Assembly: GCA_963664195.1 (NCBI GenBank)
Contig: OY760907.1
Location: forward strand, 3,616,001 to 3,680,000
Source of the DNA: an uncultured candidate division Zixibacteria bacterium
GTDB taxonomy: Bacteria; Zixibacteria; MSB-5A5; GN15; FEB-12
Reading direction: 5' to 3'
Length of the DNA: 64,000 bases
Shown here: piece after piece, positions 62,026-64,000 of the stretch
Layout of the letters: each line of letters begins with the position of its first letter
Position numbering within the stretch: the stretch's first letter is position 1
Notes under the pieces: model-generated
The model's input: the letters and a program-made list of their open reading frames with translations, nothing else
Database searches by the model: none
Told to the model about the DNA's origin: nothing
Position numbers and translations under genes: made by a program

Positions 62026-62447
62026 TATCTTTCACCTTCCATCCGATGATACTCCGCCTCCTGTTTTCAAGTCAAGTTTGAAGTTTCCGGCCCCGGAGAC
62101 ATTCGGCTGTCCTGTCAAAAGCAGAACAATATCCGTTTTTCGCTTGGTAGATTCGATGCTCTATATTATATTGAATTGACCATGCGAACTGATGCTGTGT
62201 GATTGCAGCCGATGGTGAACCGCAGATTGTGCGTTCGTCGGGCTGGGGCAACCTTACTGTAAGGAACCGGTAAAACGCTGTTTCGGGTTCGCACCTCACC
62301 GGTCGCATCTACACCTAAGCTACTGACGGACAGGACACTACATTTATGGTCGTAGCTTGTGTTTGTAAACCTCACGCCTCACATGTCGCTGAACACATGT
62401 ACGTGTGTTCAATCATTCTGAACCTGTCATAGAGGGAGGAAAACACT

Positions 62448-64000
62448 ATGACTACTGGAAAACACGCGATTCTGATCTTCACACTGATCTTGGCACTGCT
62501 CCTCGCGGCGACTGTGTCGGCCCGACAGGCACACACGGGAAAACGAGCTGATCTTGTTCAGCAACTCTCGCAAATCCCCAGGATGGCGCCGGTCAGAGTT
62601 ACTGACCCGACGCAACTTGACCCGAAACAAGCCGAACTCAATAAACCGCGCTGGATTCCGCTCGGTGCGCCCGTATCGAAACACGTGGGCATCGGCGAGG
62701 TTGTCGATCATACGTACGACGACTACCAGTGGGGCGATGAAGTCAACAAACACGTCGCCGTAGCCCAGGGCACAGGTATGGCGGACATTCATTTCGTCTA
62801 CAGTGATGCTCCGAGCTCCGATTCGGGCACCGTGAGACGCGGCGGATACAACGTCTACGACGCTACCGACGGCTCCTGGCCGCAGACTCAGGATATCGGT
62901 TGCTTGTTGCAGGCTTCTGCTGAGAACGGCGGTGGCTCACCAGGTATCGACGTATTCCCCGACGGTCTTGTTGTCATGACCGCTTTTGACTCGGAAGGTG
63001 AACCAGTCATTGGCGACCACACCTTCTACTATCAGGAGTTCCCGCACGACTGTAACTGGCTGACCAACTACGTGCCGCAGGCGACCTACACCGCCGTCAC
63101 CGGCTGGGCCGATCCGGATTCCACCGGTTTCGCGCTTCCGTCGATAGCCACGCAGATGAACGGTACCGACAGGATCACGCACGTCTTTGGCATAGAAAAC
63201 GGCCGTACCGGTAGTCTAGACGGTGGCCCTTGGGGCGCTATCCAGCTGTTCTATTTCCGCAAAATAGGCAACCTCGAAACCGGTTCCTGGACCAACGGCG
63301 CGCTGATCGACTCATGCATTCTGTTTGGATCGCACAAAATCGTTGCCAACCAGAATACCGGCGACGTTGCCCTGATCTACCATCACCTCTCTGCTACCGG
63401 TATCTCGCAGCAGAACTGGCTGGACAATGACCTGTACCTCCGCGAGTCCTCCAACTACGGAGTGACCTGGGGCCCTAAGACGAATATCACCAGCTTCGTC
63501 CATGACGGAACGGAGATCGCTCCCGACTATTCGTGTTCCTGGGGTGAAGACATCGACGCCGTCTACGACTCGAACAATGACCTGCATGTCGTTTTTACGG
63601 CCATGCCGATCCCGATTGATCCGTACAATGCGGCGACGTTGTTTGAGGAGTGGGGTGACTTCAACGTGGACCTTCTCCACTGGTCACGCACGGTCTCGGG
63701 ACCGAACGCTGGCGGTACAATCGTGAAAGTTGCCGACGGTTCCTACGACCCGACGGAATGGGATGCATTCGACTGGAATGTGTATCATTGCGGATTCGGT
63801 CCGAACGTAACCGACGCCCAGTACATCACCAACCCGCAGATCGCCCAGTGCGGCGATCATCTGTACACTGTCTGGGGACAGATACACAGCAAACTGGGCA
63901 GCTTCGATCCGGAAGTCGACACGACTTTCGCCGATTCTATCAACGGTCACGCTCTGGATTGTCAGGGAGAACGTCTAAACGACAATCGGGCTGACGCCAA
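62448..64000 (+). CDS. large secreted protein with BNR/Asp-box, 3'-truncated by the window edge
   Basis: GGAGG RBS; MTTGKHAILIFTLILALLLAATVSA signal peptide; YLRESSNYGVTWG Asp-box; appears open to the window end, so it is missing from the ORF track. Confidence 0.8.
   Translation, partial: MTTGKHAILIFTLILALLLAATVSARQAHTGKRADLVQQLSQIPRMAPVRVTDPTQLDPKQAELNKPRWIPLGAPVSKHVGIGEVVDHTYDDYQWGDEVNKHVAVAQGTGMADIHFVYSDAPSSDSGTVRRGGYNVYDATDGSWPQTQDIGCLLQASAENGGGSPGIDVFPDGLVVMTAFDSEGEPVIGDHTFYYQEFPHDCNWLTNYVPQATYTAVTGWADPDSTGFALPSIATQMNGTDRITHVFGIENGRTGSLDGGPWGAIQLFYFRKIGNLETGSWTNGALIDSCILFGSHKIVANQNTGDVALIYHHLSATGISQQNWLDNDLYLRESSNYGVTWGPKTNITSFVHDGTEIAPDYSCSWGEDIDAVYDSNNDLHVVFTAMPIPIDPYNAATLFEEWGDFNVDLLHWSRTVSGPNAGGTIVKVADGSYDPTEWDAFDWNVYHCGFGPNVTDAQYITNPQIAQCGDHLYTVWGQIHSKLGSFDPEVDTTFADSINGHALDCQGERLNDNRADA

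Noticed and set aside
61020..62280. Peptide FYRFLT encoded twice with synonymous differences (about 61025 and about 62265, minus strand)
   Set aside because: Only six residues, driven by a shared 9-mer, and the 62072-62308 ORF lacks other support; coincidence or a DNA motif is more likely.

Overview
A 64 kb, GC-rich bacterial chromosomal segment, probably from candidate phylum Zixibacteria or another FCB-superphylum lineage. This is inferred from the Cys-flanked dockerin-like C-termini, a PNPFN-type sorting domain and the gene style. Housekeeping content includes eukaryote-type citrate synthase and alanine aminotransferase, a CysK/CBS enzyme, ferredoxin, RsmE, glgA-galT, QueT, tRNA-Gly and tRNA-Cys. 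The window also carries three histidine kinases, an NtrC-like regulator, several secreted peptidases and mosaic proteins (three with dockerin-like tails), and a compact type IV pilus/T2SS-like operon. Four observations stand out. (1) A REP-RAYT-REP cassette (1030-1625) whose exact removal restores an in-frame ORF with a signal peptide, so this RAYT appears to have moved as a unit. (2) Two tandem HTH-WYL-type regulators separated by about 410 bp holding 12 exact TGTCA/TGACA pentamers, partly in 10-bp phase. (3) Several candidate small RNAs with C-rich loops, and a recurring sigma28-like promoter motif. (4) Two single-base frameshifts, in a DegT gene and in a large dockerin-bearing protein.
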